Source: Camelus ferus (lineage: Eukaryota). From it: 64,000 bases of DNA. The notes under the pieces are model-generated. The model was not told the origin of the DNA. It worked only from the letters and a program-made list of their open reading frames with translations, and did not search any database. Position 1 is the first letter of the stretch; the number at the start of each line of letters is the position of its first letter. The stretch is from contig NC_045697.1 in NCBI RefSeq assembly GCF_009834535.1, positions 86,182,001 through 86,246,000 of the forward strand, read 5' to 3'. Below, piece by piece: positions 27,901 to 41,449 of this stretch. Position numbers and translations under genes: made by a program.

Positions 27901-28879
27901 TGGTATGTATAGAAGGGGAAAAAAAAAAAACCCACAAAACTTTCCTACCATGTTCTTTCAACCCCATTACTTGAATTATATTGCTATTTGCATTTGTGTA
28001 ACTCTCATTTAAGTATGAAAAATTGTACTACAATCTGAAAAACAGAATAATCATTCTGTCTGTGGTCTGACAGTAAACTAAAAAGATTAACTCAACATTC
28101 AGAGAATAATTCTAGGAATTGATGTCTACGATCATCTTCTTAGGTGGATAAAAACTGAGAAACAGTCTGACTTTCACCAGCACTAGAAATCTCCTTTTGC
28201 CTCAGATTTAGTAGGTAGAACCATCCAAAATGCATGGCAGGATGTAGCAACTGAATAAAAATTAAAATTTTCTACCATTAATGTATAATTTTTATAAAAA
28301 TAAGTAACAGTACTTGACTGGAGATGATGTTCAGAAAAAGCTTTACTCATTTAAAAAAAAAACTGTTAAAGCAAAGTTGTCCTTATATTTCTGGGTTGAC
28401 CTGATGTCTATGGCTCACCATTCTGAATATTGTAGATTTTATTTGTGGATTTCAGGGAGGGCAATTTTTGTCGTATTAACAAAATGACTTTAGTCACTCA
28501 TTTAGTATTTTATATTAGCTGCTTGACTTTCAATCTAAAGGGATATACAAATGTTTAGATCAATAAGCAGTGCATGCAAAACTAATGCAACTTCTGTGCT
28601 GGGTGCCACGATATAACTAACCACAAAAGAGGAATAATCTGGAAGGGAGAAGATCACACCAAATCCTTCCTTTAACAAAAGGGAAGTCTCACGTTCTACT
28701 TAACACTTATCCAGAGCACCGAGTAGCACTATAATTATGGCTCTCTGATCCAGTATATAACCATTCCCAAAAAGAATTTACCACAGCTGAGAGGGGAAGA
28801 TCATCACATCATTTCTGAATGACGCTCCCAACTCCTCCTGATTTAAAATCCAGTGGGCAAAACTAATTTGGGAGCAAAC

Positions 28880-29720
28880 TACGGAAGGCACCGGGCAGCA
28901 GTGGGGAAGTGGATGAGCGCGCAGGGCAGCCGGGTGGAGGGCGCAACTTACCTTGAACTCCTTCTCTATGTTGGCCAGCTTGGCCAGCTCGTTGCTGAGC
29001 TCCAGGGCGGTGAGCACCGGGTCCTCGCTGGACAAGGACAGATACGCCGGGCTGGCCAGCCCCTTGTAGGCATTGATCCTTGAGCGCGAGTGGCTGAAGG
29101 AGTCGTGCCTCTGCTTCTCGGTGCAGTCCCCGCATTTGCAGAAGTAGTCGTGCGGCCGCTCGATCCTGGCGCCCTTCATCAGCAGCATGTGCACCACCTC
29201 GTACTTCTGGCAGTGCGCCGCCAGGATGATGGGGGTGATGTCTGGGGAGAAGCGCGTGCCGTCCTCGTCGTAGGCGTAGAAGTCGTCGTCCTGCAGCTCC
29301 TGCTCACAGGGGCTCAGGGTCAGGCGCTTGCTGGCCGCGAAGCCGGGGTGGTTGAGAATGGCCTCCACGATGCGCACATAGCCCTTGCTGATGGCGAGCA
29401 GCAGGGCGTCGCCGATGCGCGCCAGGTTCTCCTTCTTGAGCAACAGCTCTGTCACCTCCAGGTGCTCGTTGCCCACCGCCAGCTGCAGCGCGTTCTGGCC
29501 CATGTAGTCCACGCAGTTGACGTTCAGCGTCTTGGACTCCTCCAGCATCTTGCGCACCACGGGGATGTTGCCATACTCCGCGGCGTCCAGGAAGCGCTCC
29601 TCCTCTGCAGTGAGGCTGGTGCCCCGGTCGTTGAACATGAAGGCCGGGCCCCGGACAGCCTGGCGCCGGCCCTTCTCGCGCATCACCGTCTTGCGCCTCA
29701 GGGATGGGCTTTCCTCCATG
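28880..29720. promoter_or_regulatory. Intragenic CpG island over exon 2 (candidate alternative-promoter region for the short isoform)
   Basis: Exon 2 is far richer in CpG and GC3 than exons 3-9. An alternative promoter near this exon is recalled for human TRPC3. Confidence 0.6.
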
Positions 29721-29723
29721 GAC
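28952..29723 (-). CDS. TRPC3: TRPC3 coding exon 2 (ankyrin repeats; holds the start Met of the short isoform), 772 nt
   Basis: Acceptor tgattag|G, donor AAG|GTAAGT. Encodes [30 protein letters not shown]...LANIEKEFK, with the ankyrin repeats and HDYFCKC motif of TRPC3. The internal ATG is at 29719-29717. Confidence 0.98.
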
Positions 29724-30356
29724 CTAATCAGCAGCAACGAACAAAAATGACTGTAGAATATTAAGGCATATTGCTTCCTCCACATTATCAGGCTATTTCT
29801 GGAGCAACCACAGCACCCATCGCAGATCTGTGGCTCGTGGACAGCCGGGTCAGTTACTCATCACTCGCCTGAAATTTATACCTGTACTTAACACGGCTGC
29901 TTGAACCCAGAGAGAAGCGGGAAGCCCTTCAGAACAAGAGTTCTTGTTCAATAGAAAGTGACTTTCACAAGGGATAATAATAGAAACAACTTCCAGACAC
30001 CAACGTCTCCGTTGTGACACTCATCGTACCTTGTGGAAATAACCTTTCTTCTACTCTAAGAAGTCTTGAAAACAGGGGCTAGCAGATACCTGACACCAAA
30101 GCACTAAGCTTGAAGGCTGAAGAAGTTAAATTTTTCAAGAATTAGGTCAGAACAATCCTCTCAAGTCATTGCATGTTTTTAACTACATAAAACCACTCAC
30201 ACACATACACACACACACCAGTATTTAGGCAGAGTATTATCTCAGGTTTGTCATCTTTTTCACTTGAGGGTATCCTCCTCCCAGCCCCCTTACGAAAAAC
30301 TTACAAGATTCAGTTTTTCAATGACACAGACAAGATTTAGCAATTATAAAATCAGA

Positions 30357-30490
30357 GTATCTAGATTTATTTTCTTGGAAGTAATTGGGAATAATTTATA
30401 TTCTTGGAAATAATATTTATATTCTTGGAAATGAATAATTGTATCTAGATTTATATTCTTGGAAATAATTATATTCTTGGAAATAATTGG
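30357..30490. repeat. Complex local tandem duplication containing five TTCTTGGAA copies
   Basis: TTCTTGGAA at 30372, 30401, 30422, 30456 and 30474; GTATCTAGATTTAT repeated at 30357 and 30441. Confidence 0.9.
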
Positions 30491-33198
30491 CTTTTGTTAT
30501 AAGAGTTGTTTAATTACCAATATTATATAATTGCCTCTTTGTACTAAAAGAAGATGGTATGATTTATGGTTTAAAAAGCACTAGTATTACTTTGTGAATA
30601 AAGCAACTGTACATCCAGAATAGTGTACACTGAAATCCTAACACCAACCATGTTAGCTGAGATTTAGCTGCATTATGAAAGTCATGTCATTAATTGATGT
30701 GTACAGCAATTTGAGTTCACATTTTAATTTCTGTGATGCTGGGTAAATAATTTCATTTCCCTGGGCCTCCTTATCCCAAGTGTAAAATGGAAATTTATAA
30801 AGGGCTCCAGATTTTCCTTGTGAGCTCATGAATAAAAAGCTTTTTTAAAATTCTGAGTCTCTGAAAAATGATGCTAGATAAACAATATAATTTTTAATAG
30901 ATTATTTTTATTATTTCAGTGGTTATTATTATAAGTACACATCTGCATCTTTACCCAGTTCTAACATTCTTGCTGACTGAAATGCTTAAGATAACTTCCC
31001 TTAAAAAAATGTGATTTTTGGTTTTTGCATGAGTTAAACCAAAGGTACCAGTTAAGCTCTTTTCACATTACTGACTTTTGAATAAGAACAAATAAAAGTT
31101 ACAAATTGAAAGTGAAAGGCTGGGGTGGGGAGAGCTTTCCTTCTATAATATATATTCCAGAAATAACTTCTACCATTGACAGAAGGATATTCACATAGTC
31201 AGGGGTTCAAAACTAACTAGAGAGGACACTGGCCTCCCCGGGGGTCTGGGCGTGGACAGTAGGGACATCTCTAGCAGGAGGACTCAGAGGTGGTTACCAG
31301 TGCCCACTCAGTTCTCAGCCCTGTGGGCCCCAAACTAAGAGAGAAGCACTGAAGCCACAGGCAGAGGTCTCCCAGATAGAGACCAAGGCATGGCCAGCAA
31401 ACCTACAGGGGTCAGGAAACCAAAGAAGTCCTCACACAAGCTTGTTAACTTGTCCAAGGACAGGGAGTGCTGTGACTAGCCCCCATTCTAACTGCTCAAC
31501 TAGTGTAGGTGATCAACTTTTAAAAATTAAATTTAGTATTCATACATACACACACATTTCTATGAATACATAGCCATACATATATGTACAGATACACATG
31601 TATATGTAGAAATTTCTAGAAAGCAATATAAGAAGCTTTTCATTGTATTTGTACTTGGGGCTCTGGGGAGTGAGACTGAGGAGTCACAGAGGAAGGAGAT
31701 TTTTACTTTTCACTTATACCCTTTTATACATTTTGAATAGTTTTAACCATAGTTTGAGTATTTTTATTAAAAAATAAAATCATCTTTAAATTTTAAAAAA
31801 TTGTAATCCCTTAGCTGACAAAAATTTTTAAAAATATAGGTACATATTGGCAACCATTACATCATAATCTTTCTGAAGCTAAACAAAGGCCATGTGTCTT
31901 GACTATTATTAATAGGTGTGGTGTGTAGAGTTGTGTGCAGAGTGAAGTGTGTAAAGTGTGTGCTGTGTGTGGGAGACTAGGAGGTGCAAGGTTGGGTGGA
32001 AGCATGTGTTGTGTGCGTGTCTTTGTTGGTATAATGACGATTTTTAGGTAAACAAGAACTGGGAAATAGTATTCACTGGACTGTATAGAAGAGAACTTTG
32101 TTTTAAGACCGAACGCTGTGACAAGAGTTTTTAAAAAATCTTTAAAATATTCTTATTATAATAAGTGAGTACTCACTTGTTATATAAGTAGCTTAATTGC
32201 TACTAAGCTGCACATTGGTACTGTTCAATTGGGTATAATTTCCATATGATGAATTTTGTGCTTAACCACTGATGATATACTGACATTATCTATAAGTAGA
32301 GAATATATATGCAGAATATACATATCTGCAGAATTCCAATGAATCTCAGATGAGTTATCTTTGGGGAAATAAACTCATTATTAAAGTGTCACATCTTAAT
32401 GGAATAGGGATTTTTATCTAAGATTGCTACGTACAAAGAAAATCACTTATAAAAACATCACCTTTTCCTCCAAAAGAATGTGATCTCAAAATATTAGAAA
32501 ATTACTCTTTCCTGAATTTCTTCTTTGCATTTTTTAGTATTTTAAAGTTTTTTCTTAGAATTTCTTCTTCTTTTGGAAACTATACCTTCATTTTGTGTAT
32601 TCAAGCTGAAATGTGGGATTAGTACTATACAACGCAAGTCACATGAGTCATTTTGATTTTGTCTTGAAAAGATTCTAACACTGAGTTAAGTGTAAAGTCA
32701 GATTTCTTAATTAGAACAAATTATACTGCTATTTCAGAATAAAAGCATTGACCATGCTGCTTGTCTTCATGGTGAATCCACATAAGAAGAGTCTTTTTTT
32801 TAAAATTTTCCTTACAGTATCAAGATAAACTTCATTAATCTGGACTGATAAAATGGTATGAGTCACATTCAATTCATCCACAATGCATAAACATGGCCTA
32901 AATCTCAGCTGGTCTTGACAATGCATCTCTTCCAACATGAGAAATAAGGAAGGAGTGAGGGTGAATGGGAAAGGATGCTCAACTTTAATGATGCTAAAAC
33001 TAAAATCATTTTGCCAGATCTTTTCTTACCTGTAGATCCCCATCCAATGAGTCAACTCATTCAGAACTGCAAGGGTACTTTAGGTAGAGCCTTCTTCCTG
33101 GTAAAAGCATTGGAATACCACTGACCTAAATCAATTGCTCTACAAGTGCCATGTGCAATCTCCTTCATGGCTGATATGGATGGCCGGTAGTATCTGAC

Positions 33199-33532
33199 TG
33201 CTATGGACTGAACTGTGTCCATGCACAAATCCATATGTTGAAGCTCTAACACCCAATATAGTAGATGGAGATGGGGCCTTTGGGAAGTAATTGGGGTTAG
33301 ATGAGGTTATAAGGGTAGAGCCCTTATGATGGAATCAGTGCCCTTGTAAGAAGAGAAAGCAGAGAGAAGGCAACTGTCTGCAAGCCAGGGACCGAGCGTT
33401 CACTAGAACCTGATGATGCTGGCACCTTGATCTCCAACTTCTAGCTTCCAGAACTGTGAGAAAATATGTTTTCGTTGTTTAAGCCACCCAGTCTGTGGTC
33501 CTTTGTTATGACAGCCCGAGCTGAGTAAGACA
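33199..33532 (+). mobile_element. MaLR solo LTR (MLT1A-like)
   Basis: TGCTATGGACTGAA...CCAGAACTGTGAGAAAAT...TAAGACA; 5-bp flanks CTGAC and CTGAA. Confidence 0.85.
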
Positions 33533-33744
33533 CTGAACACACATCTTAAGGCAAAGAAAAATTTTTTCATGCTTTATGAAACAAACTTTGGGTTCTCAGT
33601 ACTTATCCAAACACTTAAGCAGATAAAAAGAAATATTTTAGTGTACCCGGAGGCAATCCTTTTGCTCCATTCTATTCAGAGGCAGAAATACAAGCAACAC
33701 TCCTCAGTTTTCATAACTTTGCCATCAACTCCTCTGACTTCTAA

Positions 33745-33935
33745 CAGTGTTTCTCTAAGCGTAACTTGAGGACCACCTGCCTCAAGATCACTTGGAGTAC
33801 CTGTTAAAAATCCAGATTTCTGGGCTCCATTCTAGATGAACTAAATCAGAATCTCTCAGGGATGGGGCCCTGGAATATGTATTTTGAATGAGCATCCTTT
33901 GCAATTCCTATGCACGCTGAAGGCTGAGCATCTCC
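33745..33935. mobile_element. MER5-like hAT-Charlie MITE
   Basis: CAGTGTTTCTC...TGTTAAAAATCCAGATTTCTGGGC...AATCAGAATCTCT. Confidence 0.7.
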
Positions 33936-36900
33936 CATATAAAAGCAATGGACATATCCTGGGTCAATGAGCCCAAATTAGTAGGCCTTTAGACACTTGT
34001 CACACTGGCCCTGCCAAAAGCAAAGTTGGAATAATGGGTTTGAGCAGTGTTGGCTAGAGGACAAGCAGCCTTACCTTCGTTTAGGTTTTCCATGCTTTAT
34101 TACCACTTCAAATCTCATCTCCAGGAGGCTACTTCCCCGAATCACAGTTAATAAGAAGCCTGCAAAATGCCTTCACTAGTGACCATTTAATGTCACGCCC
34201 TTTCTTTTATCAAGGATTGATATTTTTAAAGGGTTACTATGTTTCTTTCAAAACTGCTTTTAAAGGATTAAAGAAGTGTTTCCATTATAGCATCTCTTGT
34301 ACCTTTTATGAGGATTCAAGTGCTAACATCATCCTAGAATTGTGTATCAAGAAGACTGTCTCTCCAGATGAGTTTGCTTCCCTTGATCTAACAATATGAA
34401 CTATTTAACCCTCACCTTTTTTTGTGGCCCAGGGTATCCAGGAATTTGGCTTAGATCTAAAAATGCTCAACTACCATCACTAGTCTATCCCAGATTTCTG
34501 GCACAGTCTTTCCCCTCCTCCTAAGTAATTTCTCACATAGATTTTAAATCAGTTATCCTATATTCCATGTGTCTTAAGCCTATTTTATGGTTTCTAAATT
34601 CTTTTTTTTTAATAGAGTATGAATAAATTGCCCCTTCTATGTCCACCACTGCCCACATTCCTGGACGGTACAGTCATGCTTTACTTGTCATTACCCAATG
34701 CTCCCTAGGGAGTACATGCTCAATAAATGTCCAACTGAGTTCCCAAATCTTCTCCCGGGCCTCATCCTGTCACTTGACTTCAGGTCCCACATGTACAACT
34801 ATCTGCCCTCTGGTCACTCTGAAATGTCCCAACTCACATTCTCCCTTAAATCAGCACTCCCTACATTCCCCCCAAACCCCGCAACACTTGTATCTCAGGC
34901 TAGTTATTCAGGCTCAGCAATTTCAAGGTCATCTGTGACTCACTGTCTTGACCCTGTCAGTCACAAGGTTCTGAAGCTTCTCCTTTGGAATGTTTCCTAT
35001 ACTGGACCACCTTCCTTCCAATTCTTATTGTCAACACTCTCCCCCAGATCTTTAACACATCGTGGCAGGGTTATTACAACAGCTTTCCAGCAGAGATGGC
35101 ACAAGAGGAGGCAACCAAACTTTACTGCGTACCTGGTATATATGTACGTTTTTCATGCACTATCATATTTAATTCTCATAACACTGCTATGAAGCAAGTA
35201 TTATTTTCTGTTTCAGAAACAAGAAAAGTGAACTCAAAGGACAGAGCCCAAGGAGACCCACATAGTACAATTCAGAACTGGGATTCAACCCAGGGGCTGT
35301 CTGACTCCTATTCTTTCCAGGGCTTCCTGCTGCTCCAGATTTGCTACCCAACGGCCATCCCCAGCAGCCTGTGCTTCTTCAACTCTGCTTTTACTGTCAC
35401 ACTTCTCTTAAAAGCAAAACAGTACTAGGCTCCTCCAGCTGATTTCCAAGGATGTTGGCAGCCTGCCCCACCCTTCCTGACCAACCTTCTTTTCCTTGCT
35501 CCTCAGATTCACTCTTCACTGCCCTATAAACATATTATTCTGCTTATTTCTGTACTATCAAGGGTATTCCTACGCTATCAAGGATATTTTTTTGAAAAGT
35601 TAGCAACATGCTTTTCTCTTTTGCCTTTCCAAATACGAGATCTTGGCCCTGGTTAACTCAGTACATCTTGCAGCCTCAGGGGTGAGGAATGCTGTATAGA
35701 GTTGGGTAGGTGTGTTAAGGGGGAAAATGGAGGAGATAAATTTTAGAGGAGGAGCATAAAGAGAAAGATCAAGGTAATTTTCAGCTTTTTGCAAGAAAAA
35801 TGGGATTTTTGCAAGCAGAATTTGGGAAAAGGGGAATTGTCTTGAGGAAGAATTTATTTCTCTACTTCTGAAGCACCCTGATCGCTGAGCTCCCTCATCC
35901 ACAGACAGGGTAGCTCTCCCACTTTTGACAGCAGTGCCGTCATGCCTCCCATCCTGTGAGAAGAAAGAAACAACAGAAGGGAAGTAAAAGTCAAGATGTG
36001 AATCCAATAAGGTGAGGAACACTGAGGGGGGATTCTTGGCCCACTTGCTTGATTTGTAGATCTGAAGCAGCCCAGCCTGGTTAAGCAGGGAATGGTATGG
36101 GCTTTCTCAAGCCATCCTCTGCTCTCATGTAGTGTGAACCCTGCCCTGAGAGCCAGGGAGCCTGCACCAGAACTAGAGATGACCACTGGTGCTGTGAGCT
36201 GGAGAGAGGATGTTGCAGGCACCCAGCTCCGTAGCTTGTGGGAACTGAGCTGAAACTAAATATGCCAGGGGGCACGTCTGGGTGACAAAGGCAAGTCAGC
36301 CAAGATCAAGCTATTGCCATTAACAAGCAAACCCACATAGGCAATGCATATTGCCCAGAGGCCAGAATTGTTAAGAGAACATCACCCTTCCCCCCCCCAC
36401 CCTCAGGGGACACATATGCTCTCCTCCCCCAATGCCCCAATGTTACAGAGAAGAGCAGGGGAAGGGGCAGCTTTCCAAGAGCCCAAGCCATTTTATCCAA
36501 ATGAAAAAGTATTTCTTAAAAAGAAAATTTACTTTATAGTATCAGGCTAAGATCAGTGAAATTGACCTCATAGCATCTCTCTAGAGTGAAATGGGAGTGG
36601 ACATGCAAACCATAAAGAGACTCTGACCCCTTTTAGAGATTGGGGGGAAGAATCAGCAAGCAAAGTCCCTTAGACACCAGCTTGCCGCACAGGGAGACAC
36701 TGTCCTAGTTGACCAAATCCCTGCGATAATGTAGGGCAACCTTCCTTCCCTATTAACTCACATAATTACTTAATTGCTTAATTAACTTAATTGCTTAATT
36801 TATTGATTGCTTAATTCCCTTGTTGAATGAGAACAACTGTCTGTTTAGCAAGCAAAAAATAAAGCAGATTTAAAAAAAAAACTAATTTAAATCACAGATT

Positions 36901-39559
36901 GAACACTGGTCGATTATTTTCTCTCCTCGTCAGTGGGCAGGAGGTTCAGGAGAAAGACCAGTTCAGGAGCTTGCTGCCCATCCAAGCTTTTCTGGCTTCT
37001 TGACCCTGCTACACCTGCCTCTGGGATGGTCCTTTTTGTTTTCATCCCTGGGCATACCCTTATTCTGGCCCTTCACCAATGCAAATCCTCCCTACTTTCT
37101 GTGGTCCACCTTACGTTACACCTCTGTAAACAAGGCAGAGCTTCACAGGTCATAACTAGAAGACCAGCAGGGTTCTGTTCATTCTGAAATATTGTCTTTT
37201 GACCCCTTCTGAAACCACTCCTGACTACTTCAGCCTAAGCTTTTGTAATATTGCATCCGCCCATAAATCTATACATTTCTCCCCCCCCCCGCTCCTTGAT
37301 TTTTGTCTCCTTGACTATTGTCTCCTGTGATATCCATGCCCTTTAAATTTGATTGAGGATAAATGTTCCATGCTTCCTATCTTAATTTTTATACTTCTTA
37401 GCTAGTGCCTAATATAGTTCAAAAATACTTGTCAATTGATGCTAATCTACAAAGTGACTCAGTCAGAATGTTAACTTCCTTAAGGTCACTGAAAGGTAGA
37501 CAATCAGAAAATGAGAGCTCAGAGGTTCTCTCCAAGGGTCTCTCTACTTTACCATGCTGTTGCTAGGGAATAAAAAAAAAATGAATAACAAGTTGCAAGT
37601 CAAAATAGCATTATTAAAATATATGCTTAGCTTATATGTTGGAATATTTTGGTTCTCTTAAAAACACTAAAATGGCTCTTTGGATTGAATCACAAGCTGT
37701 TTAAAAGTCAGCAACAAATGAACATTATTAAAGAAGTCACCTCAAATCTTTTATTTAAATGAGGTGAAGAATTAAACAGCTACTCAATTCATCTAGCAAG
37801 CAAGCAAAACACCACCACCGTAGATGTGAGTCAAAGCAATGAGAATAACACCCAAATTGTTTTGTCTAATCAGTTTACCACGCTGAAGAAAGTGAACGTG
37901 CCCACCGGCTAGGATCCAGTCTGCCCTTCTGTGAAGGGCAAGAAAGCAGAAGGTAAGGAGTGAGAAAAGCACAGAGGAGGGGGAAGAGGTGTGTGAGAGC
38001 AACCACCATGATAGTTACCATATCGGGGCTGGTGATAATTGGAAGTTTAATGAAGGTGGGAAGCAGCAGGCACTGACAAAGAACAAGAAAGTCAGAGATG
38101 ATAAGTCAAAAAATAGACAAACCCCACAGTTCCCCTGGCAAACAGGCACCTGTCAGTCAAAGCGGCTGCCTCTGGAGACATCCGATAGCTACCCGCTATG
38201 CCTACGTGTGAGTGCGCTTGGAGAGAGCAAAGGGCTTCTTACAAACAGCCTCAACAATGTCATCAAAACCACACATTTCGAAAATCCCTTAATCTGTGTA
38301 TTTGTGGAGGAGAAGTACAGTGGGGGGACACTCAGAATGTCAGGAGTCCCTAAGCGCACCAGCGTGCAAGTTAGAGAAAGGTGGTCCAATCAGCTCGACT
38401 GTCTAGTGTAGCGGGGACGTCCCACACGGCCTGCCGCGAGCCTGCATCTACCGACACCGCGCGCTGCTCAGCAACACATTGTCATGGCAGCAGCCAAACC
38501 AGCAAGATAAGGCGCTCCATTTTAGAAACAGGAAGGCATCATTTTCATGTCTAAAGATTCCCATATGAGAAAAAAATTAAAATGTAGCGATTCCAGCACC
38601 CACAAGTCTAGAGAGAGATTTGGGTCTCCACAGTAATTAATTCCCTGAGAGTTTCTGATGGCCAGTGTTATATTCAGAATTCTCCATGTATCATTTTAAT
38701 AAATCTATTAGACAGTTGCTAATTTTGGTATCTGCCCTAATGACTAAGTCGAAGACAAGAAGCTGTTGTTGGAGGGAAGCTCCGGTCCCCGTTCTCTGTC
38801 GCTTTCCCTGTCACCCCTCACACGAAAGCGCAGCCAGACCCTTCAGCATTAAGGCCAGAAAAGCAAAAGAGCCATGTAACAGTGTGTTGCTCCCTCTAGA
38901 AGTCCACCGAGAGCAGAGGTGAGCACCCCTAACCATTGATGGCATGAGTTCTTGACGAATATGCCCCAAAAGGCATTGAAGCAAATGTCTTCTAGAACGT
39001 AGATGTTTCTGTTTCCAGGAACTGCATTTTGTGTGTAACACCACTGAACTGACTGTTGTATTGCTTTGTAATTGTCTGCTTGCGTGCCTGTTTCCTCAAC
39101 AATACTGTAACATACATAAGAGCAGAAGCTGTCTCTTTGTATCTCTGTATGCCTGGCTTTTAGTACATGACTGATGAAGATTCATCTGTTGGAGGCACAG
39201 ATGCATGTGTCCTTAAACTGTTAAGACTGAAGACCTAGGGAACAGACACTTTTCCTCTTCAGATTAATGAATACCCTTGGTCACATATAATGTGTGGAAG
39301 TAGTGATGGAGGGGAACTGGGAGTAATGTCATGAATACTTTAATATAAATTAATTATCAGAAATTAAAGTAATGTAAACAATCATTCTTCTTTTGAAGCA
39401 GATTTATGCTTAATCACATTCATCGATTCTTAGTTACACCATGCAAAGAAATCGATGAATCTTAACATCTCTTGACTTTGGTCTTACATAAAGTTACGTT
39501 TTATCAGGAAAATCTGAGGGCAAACAGAGGATAAATCATAGAATTAATACGCTTTTTAC

Positions 39560-39870
39560 AAGCTATTTACAAACCAAAAACAGACTCATGGACGTAGTAA
39601 ACAAACTATGGTTACCAAAAGGGATAGGGTGAAAAGGGATAAATTTGGGGTTGGGGATTAACAGGCACACATTACCATATATAAAATAGATAAACAACAA
39701 GGACCTATTCCATAGCACAAGGAACTATATTAAATTTTTTGTAATAACATATAATGGAAAAGAATCTGAAGAGAAAAATATATATGTATGTATATGTACA
39801 ACCGAATCACTTTACTTTATACCTAAAACTAACATTGTAAATCAACTTCACTTTAATAAAAATTTTAAAA
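39560..39870 (+). mobile_element. L1 3'UTR fragment (cetartiodactyl-type)
   Basis: AACAGACTCATGGAC...ATAAAATAGATAAACAACAAGGACCTA...ATTGTAAATCAACT...AATAAA. Confidence 0.8.
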
Positions 39871-41449
39871 TAAGCTTTTATAATAATAATTAAGCTTATC
39901 TTCAAAAAGAAAATCATTTATTAAACAATATTTTCTACAACTAATTTCTATTATTCCAGGAAGATTAGAGACAATGACATTACAAGTGAAATACAAATTC
40001 AGTCTATAACTGAACAAGAACTGAGACAAATGAACTCAATAATAAAATCAAAAACCTCTACTGACCCAAGATAAGTTCACATTTGGCTTTTAAAATACAT
40101 TAGTCACTATCAATTATATAAATATATATAAATCTCTAATATTATTAGAAGAAAAAGGATCTGGGTTTCTATCAGTATCATCCATATTCAAGTCAGAAGT
40201 CTGAGGTTTTCAGATGCTTGCTCCCATCTCATCACCCTGTGACCTGCTTTTCAACAGAGAATCCATATGCATCAGTCCTATTTGACAAAATGTATTTAGA
40301 AATGCAAAACTGCTGTACAGTGTTTAGTACTGACATGCTCTTTCCTTAACAGGTCACACGCTTATGGACATTTAAATCTCATTTTAAAAAAGGTCCAGGA
40401 CCAAATCCATGTTGTCACCTCTTATTTGAATAGTGCAAAGAAAAGAGGGGAGTTTTCTTTTGAATAGAGGAATTTTTTTGACTAGATAAGTGAAGAGAAA
40501 CATCTCTGCTCTAGACGCTAAAGACAAAATGCTATAACAATCCTAAATATTCTCATAAAGTCACTGCTGGGCCCCTAATGCACAAGTGTGAAGTTGTCCA
40601 CCCGTAGTTCTCAACTACCAGACCTTCTATATGGGGCCAGATTCCTCTGTATTCACCCTGAACAGGCCACTAATCTGGCTCCCCTGCCAGAACAACACTG
40701 TGCAGTGTTGATCACCTGAAGGGGGTCGATCTCGATCTCTGGCGAGGAAGTTGAAAGTCTTCCTATTAAGAGCAGAGAGCTCTGTAAAAAGCTGTCTTCC
40801 TCCCATTACATTTCTTGTGGAGTTTTAGAGAGAAGGAGAGAACACAACAGACAGACCTTTGCTATCCTAGCACAGTAATTAAAAACCTCTAAAATTCTAA
40901 CCCAGTCCTCTGATGATGTCTAGGATCCTTTCACCTCTTCGATATTAAAAAATAGAAAGCTGTAAATGGTATTTGGCAGGGGGACAGTTGTGCCTTGAGA
41001 TGTCCTTTTCTCTTTCCCCCCATTCTTAGTCCTCCTACTTAGCTCAAACTTTCTCAAGCTGATCTCCCATCAGTAGTCAAATTGAAATGATGAATTAATT
41101 GAATCTCATAAATGAGTTAGTAATAATTAGTAGTCTCCTGTGTTGCTCCTCCTAGGAGTAAATGCATTTAAAATTTCGTTGAAGAAAGAAATGCTTAACC
41201 CAAAAGGGGCCACAGTGTAAACACTGCAGTTCTAGGAATATGGAGATTTCAGATGTCCCGCAGCTGCTGTGAATTCAATGGCAACCTTCAGCTTCAGTTT
41301 ATCAACTTGTAAAAGAACATTCTAGACTAGATAAACTCAAACATTCTATTCTTCTTCAAAATATTCTATATGAGTTAAATTTAGGAAGTATGGTACTAAG
41401 ATAATTTTAGGTGGAGGGTGTCAGATGATCCTCAAATCACACTGTATAG

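Noticed and set aside
29090..29764. 224-aa plus-strand ORF antisense to exon 2
   Set aside because: Shadow ORF of a GC3-rich coding exon; non-ATG start and no recognisable domain.
30357..30490. CRISPR-like repeat-spacer array
   Set aside because: Mammalian intron; repeats are very short, spacers are irregular and derived from the same unit, and there are no cas genes.
34639..36550. Cluster of 60-164 aa ORFs in intron 1
   Set aside because: Partly overlap L2/MIR relics; random composition and overlapping frames suggest chance ORFs.
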